Origin: Nitrospirota bacterium
Lineage (GTDB): Bacteria; Nitrospirota; Thermodesulfovibrionia; Thermodesulfovibrionales; UBA9159
Assembly (NCBI GenBank): GCA_023382175.1
Contig: JAMCQB010000142.1
Coordinates: forward strand, 1 to 60,832
Length of the DNA: 60,832 nucleotides
Direction: 5' to 3'
A program made the position numbers and the translations under genes. Under the pieces are notes generated by a model that did not search any database, was not told the DNA's origin, and worked only from the letters and a program-made list of their open reading frames with translations. Of the stretch, positions 17,657-26,125 are shown in pieces (position 1 is the stretch's first letter; every line of letters starts with the position of its first letter).

Positions 17657-20522
17657 AAAGCCCATTCAGAAGCTTGTCCACAGTTCTGGGGTCTCTACAT
17701 TCTATGAGTTGCCATTTCCCATAGCCACTGTGATAGTTGACAGCCTTAACCCACCGTTCTGTTGCCGTCCTTTTCTGCCTGTCCTGTTCGGATTCATAGC
17801 CTTTTACCTCAAGGATCACCGTGGATTCGCCGCTATCGGTACTGCACCTTATCAGGAAGTCGGGATAGTAATAGTGCCGGACACCGAGGAAGTCATAGGG
17901 TATCGAGAAGTCGAGATGGTCATTCTTCACATAGGAAACGACGTTCGGATTATCCTCAAGGTAAAACGATACCGTGTGCTCCCATGAGCGGTTATCAGTA
18001 ACTACGTGGCTTACGTGGCTCTTCAATGTCGGATGCGCCCTTCTCACCGTACGGAAAAGAACCTCAGAAGTCGATCCTTTGGGCCTGAATCTTTCGATGA
18101 TCGGTAACAACGGGGCTTCACCTTCATCAACAGCGGGTTCAATAGCGGCAAGCAATCTTTCGACAATGAGTTGTATATACTTCTCAAGCGCTATCTCATT
18201 CGGCTTTGCATCAATGAATCTGACCTTCTCCTCAATAAACCTTTTCACAATAGACAAGACCTGCGGGAAAAGAATCTCCCTTGCCTGCCACTGAAATTTC
18301 TCCCTATCCTTCAACGAATTCGTTATTCTCCTGGCAATCTCGAAGATGATTTCTTTCAGCCGCCTTGTCTCATGGAAAGGATTTCGATCCTGATATGCCT
18401 CTTTGCCGGGACCCAACCGTGTGGGGAAGCCGATTTTGTATCCGACCGCACCCTTAACCACAACCTTAGTCGGCTCTTTGCTGGGGTCTACGGTGATTTC
18501 TTTCAGCTTAGACATATCAATCTTTATTCTGCTCTTCACATCAAAGACGAATCCCTCCACACGCGGAAATTCTATCTTCAGATGAACTCGATCCTTCAAT
18601 GCCTGTACAAGCGTTGAAGGCGGCGGAGGCGGTGTCGGCCCCTTACCCTTCTTCTTTACGGGGATGACCTCAAAGGGTATGCCGTACACGTCGACATATT
18701 CCTCCGGCAGCATCCCGGTTTCATCAAGTGTGTAGTTCATCCGTCTAAGACCTCGGCCGACGACCTGTTCGCAAAGAAGCTGGGATGTGAACGCTCTTAA
18801 TCCGAATATCTGTGTCACGTTGTTTGCGTCCCATCCTTCGGTAAGCATACCTACAGACACGACGCATCTCACATCCTTGCCCGGAGGATCGCCTTGGCCT
18901 TGCCATTCGGTCTTGCCGACTGTTGCAACTCTTAATCTCAATCCCTGCGCCACTTCCTGTTTTGTCTGTGTGCCGTCCTCACTTTCGGCTTCTCCCAAAA
19001 GCTTTGTGTCGATCCTCATGCTGGGCTGGAAGGACTCACTATTTCCCAATAAGTCAGGGAATAGCTTACCAGCGGTAAATATCCTCTGTTTTTCGACCTT
19101 CTTCTCCCCACTAATATATTCAAAGATTAGCTCTGCAAGGTCTGTATTATCACAAACACAGATCATCACGGGCGGGACAGGGAAGTCGTCCCTCTCGAAG
19201 TCCTTAAAGGTCTTCTTCCATTCCCCTGCGAGCATGGTAAGAGCGCCTTCTGCTTCTCTGAAAACGGATTCGGGCTTTGGTTTCCTTCTCTGTGTCGCCT
19301 TCTCGGCTCCGGGTAAAGATTCGTTTATAGTTCTCCATAAATGGAAATACTTAGGTATGGGCTGTCCCGAATTATCATCAACCGGAACTCGTGGTATTTT
19401 GACGATACCGCTTTCAATGGCATCCACAAGACCGAAGTCAGATACAAGCCAGGGCAACGGCGACCCTTCGGGATAGCCGCTCCCCTGGATATAGAAAGGC
19501 GTTGCCGACAAGTCAACGCAAAGGTTAATCTTCCGAGCAAAGTTTATCTTGTCCAGTCCGCCGATCCAAATCGTGGCTTCCTCTTTCTCTTCCTTTAGAT
19601 TTTTCCTTTCTTCGCCGCTAAGTTTCTTCAGTTCCTCTTCATTCTCAAATGGCGCGGGTCTGTAAGCATGATGTGCCTCGTCATTGAAGACCAGTATGTT
19701 TTCCTTGCCTGATAACTCCTTGAGTGTCCTGTTACAAAAAGCCCTCTCGCTTTCTTCCCCGCGTTGTATGACGCTTCTCTTCTTGCTGTCATCAACGGGT
19801 AAGAAAGAATGCCAGTTGGTTATGAAAAACTTCCCTTTTGAAAGCATATCGAGCATTGAACGGGGAACGAGATCGAACTTTTCATAGTAGTTCTCCGGAT
19901 TTGACGGATAAAGAACGGACAGGCGTTCTTTTACCGTAAGGTTCGGACATACCACCAGTACCGCATCTGAAAACCTCTTGTCTTGCCTGTACTGTGCTTT
20001 GTTGATCACAGACCATGCTGCAAGCATTGCCATGACAAGAGTCTTTCCACTTCCCGTCGCCATTTTGCAGCCGTACCGCTTTAATGGTTTATATCCTTTT
20101 GCAAGGTCCGACTCTGCGGGAAGGTCTGGCGGGATGGTTATGCCTTTCGGGTTCTTCGGCATTATCTCGGTCAGATAGATGATCGTCTCAACTGCTTCTA
20201 CTTGACAGAAGAACAGCTTTCTTTCTCTATCGGGTAAATTCCAATGTTGAAGCAGTCTTTCGGTAACTCCTGTGCCCCCTTTATATCCACCGTCGCGCCA
20301 TTCCTTGACCCTCTGCCGTATTTTGTTGATCAGCTCAAGCTCTTTGAACTGTTCTTCAACAAATAATGCAACCTGAGTATCAGCCCTCTTCCCCGTTCGG
20401 AAATAATATCCGGCGGGACGTCTGCCTGACATCTTCTTCGGCTGCCCTTCGTCATAAATCCAGTATTCCTTCGGCTCCTCGAAGGGATTGTTCAGGATCG
20501 GATTATCAACGGCAAGTGACAT
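17649..20522 (-). CDS. res: Type III restriction endonuclease, Res subunit (SF2 helicase plus PD-(D/E)xK nuclease)
   Basis: 957 aa. Helicase motif I MATGSGKT and motif II FNDEAHHAY. C-terminal nuclease YYPDFLIRC...VILEVKG. The 3' end overlaps the 3' end of ubiX by 8 nt (convergent). Confidence 0.9.
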   Translation of the reverse strand: MSLAVDNPILNNPFEEPKEYWIYDEGQPKKMSGRRPAGYYFRTGKRADTQVALFVEEQFKELELINKIRQRVKEWRDGGYKGGTGVTERLLQHWNLPDRERKLFFCQVEAVETIIYLTEIMPKNPKGITIPPDLPAESDLAKGYKPLKRYGCKMATGSGKTLVMAMLAAWSVINKAQYRQDKRFSDAVLVVCPNLTVKERLSVLYPSNPENYYEKFDLVPRSMLDMLSKGKFFITNWHSFLPVDDSKKRSVIQRGEESERAFCNRTLKELSGKENILVFNDEAHHAYRPAPFENEEELKKLSGEERKNLKEEKEEATIWIGGLDKINFARKINLCVDLSATPFYIQGSGYPEGSPLPWLVSDFGLVDAIESGIVKIPRVPVDDNSGQPIPKYFHLWRTINESLPGAEKATQRRKPKPESVFREAEGALTMLAGEWKKTFKDFERDDFPVPPVMICVCDNTDLAELIFEYISGEKKVEKQRIFTAGKLFPDLLGNSESFQPSMRIDTKLLGEAESEDGTQTKQEVAQGLRLRVATVGKTEWQGQGDPPGKDVRCVVSVGMLTEGWDANNVTQIFGLRAFTSQLLCEQVVGRGLRRMNYTLDETGMLPEEYVDVYGIPFEVIPVKKKGKGPTPPPPPSTLVQALKDRVHLKIEFPRVEGFVFDVKSRIKIDMSKLKEITVDPSKEPTKVVVKGAVGYKIGFPTRLGPGKEAYQDRNPFHETRRLKEIIFEIARRITNSLKDREKFQWQAREILFPQVLSIVKRFIEEKVRFIDAKPNEIALEKYIQLIVERLLAAIEPAVDEGEAPLLPIIERFRPKGSTSEVLFRTVRRAHPTLKSHVSHVVTDNRSWEHTVSFYLEDNPNVVSYVKNDHLDFSIPYDFLGVRHYYYPDFLIRCSTDSGESTVILEVKGYESEQDRQKRTATERWVKAVNYHSGYGKWQLIECRDPRTVDKLLNGLFR

Positions 20523-20527
20523 GATTG

Positions 20528-20902
20528 TCAGTTCCCATGTCTGTGAATTCTGTATCCCGCTTCTGCAAGAACGATAACGAAAGACTTCTCAACTCTGATA
20601 AATTCTTTCTCATACTCGAATACATCAAGAATGTTTTTGACTATTCGCGCTATATTGATAAGGTGATGCCTCAGCAGGATTACCTTGCCACTTCCCCATA
20701 GTGCCCCAAACTCGATGAGTCCTCCGAAATCCTTGTCACCTGATAGCAGAATCAAATTGTGTTTTATTGCATATGCCAGAATCTTCTCATCGCTGCTGCC
20801 GGCGAGACCTATCTCAGGAACATAAAACACACCATACCCCTCATCTCGCAAACCTTGAACGATATCGCTATGGACATTTTCATCAGCAAGTATTTTGACC
20901 AT
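20528..20902 (-). CDS. DUF5615 family PIN-like (Mut7-C-like) putative toxin
   Basis: 124 aa. MVKILADENVHSDIVQGLRDEGYGV...LILLSGDKDFG matches the DUF5615 signature. Starts 2 nt after the DUF433 gene. Confidence 0.8.
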   Translation of the reverse strand: MVKILADENVHSDIVQGLRDEGYGVFYVPEIGLAGSSDEKILAYAIKHNLILLSGDKDFGGLIEFGALWGSGKVILLRHHLINIARIVKNILDVFEYEKEFIRVEKSFVIVLAEAGYRIHRHGN

Positions 20903-20904
20903 TA

Positions 20905-21147
20905 CTATTTTCTGCCGGAAAATATCCGCACTTCCTCGCCCTGAAACTGTCTTGCGGCAAAATCCAGCGCTGCTTTCAGTCCCTCTTTTGTGAGTGTCGG
21001 ATAGCCGTGCAGGATATCATCTTTAGACATGCCGGATGCGATATTTTGCAGAATCAATGCAACAGATATCCTCGTGCCTTTAACAATAGGCTTTCCATTG
21101 AGAATCTTTGGGTCTGAAACAATCAATGCTTTTTGACGCGTTGCCAT
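20905..21147 (-). CDS. DUF433 family putative antitoxin
   Basis: 80 aa. DPKILNGKPIVKGTRISVALILQNIASGMSKDDILHGYPTLTKEGLKAAL is the classic DUF433 pattern. GGGAGGT RBS. Abuts the upstream gene with a 0-nt gap. Confidence 0.85.
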   Translation of the reverse strand: MATRQKALIVSDPKILNGKPIVKGTRISVALILQNIASGMSKDDILHGYPTLTKEGLKAALDFAARQFQGEEVRIFSGRK

Positions 21148-21990
21148 TTACTTACCTCCCTTTAGAATGTCAGCTAATGACGCTCCGAGAAACCCGGATG
21201 ATATATCTTTAAATCCAATATAATCTAAGAATATTTTTGCACGATGAGATGCAACATAAGTGTTATCGGTTATCGTAATCATATTATTAAGCCGCAATAC
21301 ATCAATTGTTACTGAGATATTGCTTTGAGCTATACCGAAAGCGATTGCCTGCGAATAAATTTCTAAGGCAGTGGCTGTGCCCTTATTAACGAGCCATAAC
21401 AAAAGCCGTTTTGTGTTGTAGACAAGAAAATTGGTCAGATTATTAAATTCCGCAATTTCTTTTTCAATAAAAAGACGGTTTATAGCATCCCTGGCTTCTT
21501 TAAGCTCATCTTGAAGTTGAGCGACGGTTTGATTCTGTCTGGTTGAATATTCCTCCCATTGCTTTAAAAGACTATAATATTCTTTGTTTTCGTTAATTAA
21601 CTGGGCCATTAACTCCTTAGTTGCTGGTTCATCCTTTTTTTCTAAAGAAGTCTCGCTTGCTGGGATGGTCACCTGAACATTTTGACTTTGCTGCGCCTGA
21701 TGGGTAAGAACAATTGTATTTAATGTGGTTGAGAGTTTCTCTTGTTCTTTTGCTACTTTTTCAACCTCTTTTTTAATTGAGAGAAGCGAGCCTACACTGA
21801 TCTCTTTCACGTCATCATAAATTAAAAAAAATAATAGCAATACTAAAGCAGTCAACAGTTCAAAAGACAACTTAAAATTCCAGAACGTTGAATACACTAT
21901 AAAGAAAATAACAATACCGGCAAATATCCATCGCCACCAAGTTTTATTTTTTTCTTTCATCTCATTGTTCTTGTCGTTCACTTCAGCCAT
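21148..21990 (-). CDS. Uncharacterised membrane-anchored coiled-coil protein with a wHTH-like C-terminal domain
   Basis: 280 aa with a GAAGGAG RBS. Two N-terminal TM helices (WWRWIFAGIVIFFIVYSTFW, LTALVLLLFFLIY). A long charged, Gln-rich helical region. C-terminus KRLLLWLVNKGTATALEIYSQAIAFGIAQSNISVTIDVLRLNNMITI resembles a winged helix. AT-rich. Confidence 0.6.
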   Translation of the reverse strand: MAEVNDKNNEMKEKNKTWWRWIFAGIVIFFIVYSTFWNFKLSFELLTALVLLLFFLIYDDVKEISVGSLLSIKKEVEKVAKEQEKLSTTLNTIVLTHQAQQSQNVQVTIPASETSLEKKDEPATKELMAQLINENKEYYSLLKQWEEYSTRQNQTVAQLQDELKEARDAINRLFIEKEIAEFNNLTNFLVYNTKRLLLWLVNKGTATALEIYSQAIAFGIAQSNISVTIDVLRLNNMITITDNTYVASHRAKIFLDYIGFKDISSGFLGASLADILKGGK

Positions 21991-22034
21991 TGCTTATTGA
22001 CTCCTTCTGCGACCATGCTTTATCGATAAATAAT

Positions 22035-22931
22035 TCAACACACGCCCTCAAGTCGAATTTTTAAAAACTTCTGCCGAGAAATATCCCCACCAGTTTTACC
22101 AATATATTCATCTATAATTTGTTTTGCCTCAGCTTTCGATAGTAACTGCCATAGTATTGCCTCGGACATACATAAAAAAGCAAATGTAATTACAGAAAGC
22201 GAAATATTGAAGTTCTTCCCCTCGTTTTCAGTTATGCCTGATAACAAATGATCAATGGAATCATAGTTATGTTTCTTTCTGAGACGATAAAGACAGTCGA
22301 GTAAAGACACATCCTTACAATCAATATTGCATATTCTCTTCCATTTTTTTCTTGGATGTTTGTGGTTTCGCCACTTTTCTGTCTGATGTTCCTCAAAAGT
22401 TGTTCTGCACCATAGAGCAATGTAATCAGAGCTGTTATGATATTTGGAAAGAGGATTTATCTTTTTTACAGGGCCTGCTAAATTGCTGAAACCATTTTTC
22501 CCATAACAAACATTGAAAGGATAAAGAAAGCCAAAAACAGAACTGTCCTGCGCAAATCTGTTCAGCAAGTCATTATGGCTGAACCTTGATGTTCCCAAAT
22601 ATAACTCATAAAGTGCACGCAGAGATAAGAAACATACATAATATGCTTGAACAATTTTCCAACCAAGGAAGTAGATGATATCGACTGCATTAATATCAAA
22701 ATAAAATTCTTGATGAAGATTCATCTCAGTAAGCCAGCAGTTATGTAAAGTTTTTCTGACATTGTCCATATCAACATCTGAACATCTGCTTACAGAAGTT
22801 GATACTTTTTGCGATAGGATTCCTTGACGTAACTTTCTAAAATCAAGCTCTCCATTTGCATAGCTATCTATACTTGCTTTTCTTATGTGATAAAGATAAT
22901 TTGATAGAACAGTAAATTTTATTCCTTCCAT
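22035..22931 (-). CDS. Uncharacterised protein with a candidate HEPN Rx4H motif
   Basis: 298 aa, no TM segment or signal peptide. LYRLRKKHNYDS (R216-x4-H221; nt 22269-22286) fits the HEPN Rx4-6H signature. AT-rich. Starts 9 nt after the mod stop. Confidence 0.55.
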   Translation of the reverse strand: MEGIKFTVLSNYLYHIRKASIDSYANGELDFRKLRQGILSQKVSTSVSRCSDVDMDNVRKTLHNCWLTEMNLHQEFYFDINAVDIIYFLGWKIVQAYYVCFLSLRALYELYLGTSRFSHNDLLNRFAQDSSVFGFLYPFNVCYGKNGFSNLAGPVKKINPLSKYHNSSDYIALWCRTTFEEHQTEKWRNHKHPRKKWKRICNIDCKDVSLLDCLYRLRKKHNYDSIDHLLSGITENEGKNFNISLSVITFAFLCMSEAILWQLLSKAEAKQIIDEYIGKTGGDISRQKFLKIRLEGVC

Positions 22932-22940
22932 TTTGATTAT

Positions 22941-25535
22941 TTATCCTATCTCCCTCACTACCATAACCTCATTCCCTCTGTGGTCGATGACCTTGACGGC
23001 GATACGTTTCTCTTTGCCTAATTTGAAGGGCAGGGAACGGGTGCTGGTGAGGAGTTCAAACTTGTCTTCATCGATAGATGCTTTTAATGCTCTTTTTAGC
23101 CTGTCCCAGGCGCTGGAATCAGGGAAGAATGCCTGTGATATGCAGAAAGTGCGTTTATCGTAGTCGGTATCTATGAACCATGCGGCGATCTTGCTTCCAT
23201 TGTCTGAATAAACTTCTCCTGTCAGTGGGTCATAGATGTCAACCCCTTTTAGGATTACCTGGAATTCGGCCTCTTCCGAAAATCCCCCCTTGCCCCCTCC
23301 GGAATCATAACTCCCCCTTCCCCCTCTTATCTTAAGAGGGAGTGCCGAAGGCGGAGGCGTTATTATCTCAACATCGGGTTCGCCGAAAACGGTAAACAAC
23401 TGACTTGCGGCTGTGGTCTTCAGTAGATCACCCATCAGCACATCGGGGCGGATATGGGAATAAAAGACCTTTATTTTCGGGTGTCTGACATCCTGAGCAG
23501 CGGCGTCGAAGGCAAAGCCGCAAAAGATAATCGCATTATACCCGCTCAAATACGCATCATGAATCCCGTCCTCGACCTGCCTCACGGTAACAGGTCCGTG
23601 TGGCGGCCCGAAGGATACGGCCACTTTCTTGATGCCATTTTTTTCAACGGGTTCTCCTTCAGCGTGGATGAACCCACTGCTTACCGGTATCAGGTTCTCG
23701 AATTTCATCTTCTTGTTGCCAGGGAACGTCACCCCATCTTTACGGAAAAGCTCAATAAGGGTATGGACATGGTTATCGGCGTCTACTCTTATTGTGTCAT
23801 TCCGAGCGGAGCGAGGAATCTCGTCTTTAGATTGCTTCGTCGCTTCACTCCTCGCAATGACAGCCGCTTCGGTCTCATAATTAGCTTCTTCAAAATCCAG
23901 TGTCGAATGTTGAGGTATCCCCTCTACGGTAAAAGGGCCTGCAACCCTTATTTTTTTCTTGTCAATCTCAGGCTTATCGAACAGGATTTCCTTGTCAGGT
24001 TGTCCATTCTGCGCAATAGATTTCAATGTCACGTGGGGAACTTCCTCATAGATAAAACCGCCCTTGACACCCATTTCCTCATCGGCAATCTTGTAATATG
24101 GGTAAGCAGCAGTCATCAGTCTTTGCCTTGCTATTGTAAGGGCTACTCTTGATGTGTCACAAGTTATCCAGCGCCTTCCCCATTGCTCTGCAACGAATGC
24201 AGTTGTGCCACTGCCGCATGTGGGATCGAAAACCAAATCCCCAGCATCTGAGGTCATAAGAATGCATCGCTGTATCGGCAGGTCTGCCGTTTGAACTACA
24301 TAAACCTTCGATGTAAATGTTCCAATTATGGTATCGTTCCATACATTCACAAGTGGCATAACGGGGAAATCGTCTTCGTACCGCTTGTAAGCTAAGATAC
24401 TCCCAAGCGAAATAATGCGGTTAGCTTCACGAAGTCCTTCCATTCCTTCTTTATTAGTAGACCAATGTCTTCCCTTAGATGGAAAGTACCCCTTACCTTC
24501 AAACTTAAATTCAAATGATCCAGCTTTTGTTTCTCCTTGTCCTGAGATGTCAGCTGCTCGAAACCGTCTACCTTCGGGCAGTTCTACATCACCTTTCATT
24601 TCATCTTTGCTTAAGCGTCTGCACGTTCCATCTGGCAATTCAATCCACGAGAATGTTCCTAAGTCTGTTCTTTCAACTTTTGGAACATATAACTGGCGAT
24701 ATTTAACCTGTGATATATCTTTTGCATACCATAAAATATAGTCATAGCTACTTGATAATAGCTTGCCAATTAGAGCAGCTGTTTTTGCAAATGTGATCAT
24801 TCCACAGAAGTTCTCTTTACCAAATACCTCATCCATCAACTCCCTCACATGATGCAGATTCTCATCCGATATCTGAACAAAGATGCTTCCGGAATCTGTC
24901 AATAGATCGCGACTCAATAGTAATCTGTCTCTCAGGTATGAGAGATATGAATGTATCCCCAGCTCCCATGTGTCACGATATGCCTTGATCTGTTCGGGTT
25001 CCCGCACCATGAATTCATCCGAATCCTTCACGTCCCTTTGCTTAACAGAAGGCTGGAAGTTTGAGGAAAACTTGACGCCGTATGGAGGGTCAACGAAGAT
25101 AGTCTGGACCTTTCCGCCCATCATTTCCCGCTCAAGAAGGGAATTCATGACCAACAGGGAATCACCGAGAATAAGTCTATTAGTCCAATCCATCTCATGC
25201 TGATAAAATTCAACAAGAGTTTTTAGGGGCATGTCAGGTTTAGCAAATAAATCAGGTTGAGGGCTTTCTCTTTTAATTGAGCGGATTATCGCTTCGGGTG
25301 CGACATTTTCATGGATATGCAAGGATACTGTGGGAACTTCAAAGGAGGTATGTTCTTTCTTCCCTGACCAAATCAGTTGCGGGTCAAGATGGGGATCGTA
25401 GTCGTATTTTTTTGGTTTCGGCTTCGAGGTATCATACGAGGCAAGACCTACGGGGACAGCATTTTTCCGTGTTTCGGCTTCATGCCGATAGGAATCTATA
25501 TCATCTTCACCTGAATTCCTTTTCTTCTTGGCCAT
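22941..25535 (-). CDS. mod: Type III restriction-modification DNA methyltransferase, Mod subunit (beta-class N6A/N4C methyltransferase)
   Basis: 864 aa. Catalytic motif IV IFVDPPYG precedes the AdoMet motif I VFDPTCGSGTTAFVA (beta-class order), with an AT-rich variable region between them. Carries two repeat-derived in-frame segments. Confidence 0.9.
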   Translation of the reverse strand: MAKKKRNSGEDDIDSYRHEAETRKNAVPVGLASYDTSKPKPKKYDYDPHLDPQLIWSGKKEHTSFEVPTVSLHIHENVAPEAIIRSIKRESPQPDLFAKPDMPLKTLVEFYQHEMDWTNRLILGDSLLVMNSLLEREMMGGKVQTIFVDPPYGVKFSSNFQPSVKQRDVKDSDEFMVREPEQIKAYRDTWELGIHSYLSYLRDRLLLSRDLLTDSGSIFVQISDENLHHVRELMDEVFGKENFCGMITFAKTAALIGKLLSSSYDYILWYAKDISQVKYRQLYVPKVERTDLGTFSWIELPDGTCRRLSKDEMKGDVELPEGRRFRAADISGQGETKAGSFEFKFEGKGYFPSKGRHWSTNKEGMEGLREANRIISLGSILAYKRYEDDFPVMPLVNVWNDTIIGTFTSKVYVVQTADLPIQRCILMTSDAGDLVFDPTCGSGTTAFVAEQWGRRWITCDTSRVALTIARQRLMTAAYPYYKIADEEMGVKGGFIYEEVPHVTLKSIAQNGQPDKEILFDKPEIDKKKIRVAGPFTVEGIPQHSTLDFEEANYETEAAVIARSEATKQSKDEIPRSARNDTIRVDADNHVHTLIELFRKDGVTFPGNKKMKFENLIPVSSGFIHAEGEPVEKNGIKKVAVSFGPPHGPVTVRQVEDGIHDAYLSGYNAIIFCGFAFDAAAQDVRHPKIKVFYSHIRPDVLMGDLLKTTAASQLFTVFGEPDVEIITPPPSALPLKIRGGRGSYDSGGGKGGFSEEAEFQVILKGVDIYDPLTGEVYSDNGSKIAAWFIDTDYDKRTFCISQAFFPDSSAWDRLKRALKASIDEDKFELLTSTRSLPFKLGKEKRIAVKVIDHRGNEVMVVREIG
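23281..23342. repeat. Palindromic G/C-tract element (family E-like) lying in frame inside mod
   Basis: The minus strand reads ctccctcttaagataagagggggaagggggag...ggagggggcaaggggggatt and encodes PLKIRGGRGSYDSGGGKGGF. It has an 8-bp hairpin CCCTCTTA/TAAGAGGG and resembles 44650..44686. Confidence 0.45.
23796..23861. repeat. MITE-like palindromic element, family B, inserted in frame (66 nt = 22 codons) inside mod
   Basis: gtcattccgagcggagcgaggaatctcg...gattgcttcgtcgcttcactcctcgcaatgac. The minus strand encodes VIARSEATKQSKDEIPRSARND. A related intergenic copy is at 55579..55658. Confidence 0.7.
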
Positions 25536-25569
25536 AACCCCTACTCCACCGAAGATACACGATTTCGGA

Positions 25570-25854
25570 TTAAGCTACCGCTTTTTCCGGTTTCATCCAT
25601 GCTGGCAGAGGCTCCCCAGTTGCCTCATGATAAAGCGTCTCAGGCGCAATGTCCAGACCATCGGGCCAGCACAATGCTCCGATTTCCTTGTTCACGTAAA
25701 ACTGTTTAAAATATCCGATATCGGAGAAGCGGCTGAAAACGCCGCCTTTTTGGCTATGGTCCTTCAAATCAACAATCCCCTGTTGGCCATTTTCGAAGAT
25801 AAGTTCAAGTTTATATCCTTCAATATACCTTGCTTCCAAAACATCATAATACAT
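25570..25854 (-). CDS. DUF2442 domain protein
   Basis: The start is placed at the ATG at 25854, with an AGGAGG RBS 5 nt upstream. MYYDVLEARYIEGYKLELIFENGQQGIVDLKD...ALCWPDGLDIAPETLY matches the DUF2442 pattern. The ORF-track extension to 25947 belongs to the shifted DUF4160 tail. Confidence 0.75.
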   Translation of the reverse strand: MYYDVLEARYIEGYKLELIFENGQQGIVDLKDHSQKGGVFSRFSDIGYFKQFYVNKEIGALCWPDGLDIAPETLYHEATGEPLPAWMKPEKAVA

Positions 25855-25925
25855 TATGACCTCCTGGTACTTCAGGGGTTCTATCGGGAACAAAGGCTTT
25901 TGATCTCTTGCCAATTCCCAATCTT

Positions 25926-26117
25926 TCAATAATTCCTCTCCGCCCATTCTATCACAAGCCCTAAAGCTTCCGGCGGCAAATATCCTTCCAGTATTGCAAA
26001 GTCCTCAATTCTTACCGCTATCGAATAACTCCCGTATCTTGCATGAAAATGAGGAGGATTGTGATCATCAAAAAACATTGCTATGACTATGCCAAAGAAT
26101 CTGCTTATCTCAGGCAT
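25926..26117 (-). CDS. DUF4160 family protein, apparently truncated by a frameshift
   Basis: ATG at 26117 with an AGGAG RBS. MPEISRFFGIVIAMFFDDHNPPHFHARYG is the DUF4160 signature. It stops after ...VIEWAERNY, while the expected tail (EELLKDWELARDQKPLFPIEPL) continues in the -1 frame. Confidence 0.6.
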   Translation of the reverse strand: MPEISRFFGIVIAMFFDDHNPPHFHARYGSYSIAVRIEDFAILEGYLPPEALGLVIEWAERNY

Positions 26118-26125
26118 TGTGGCTC

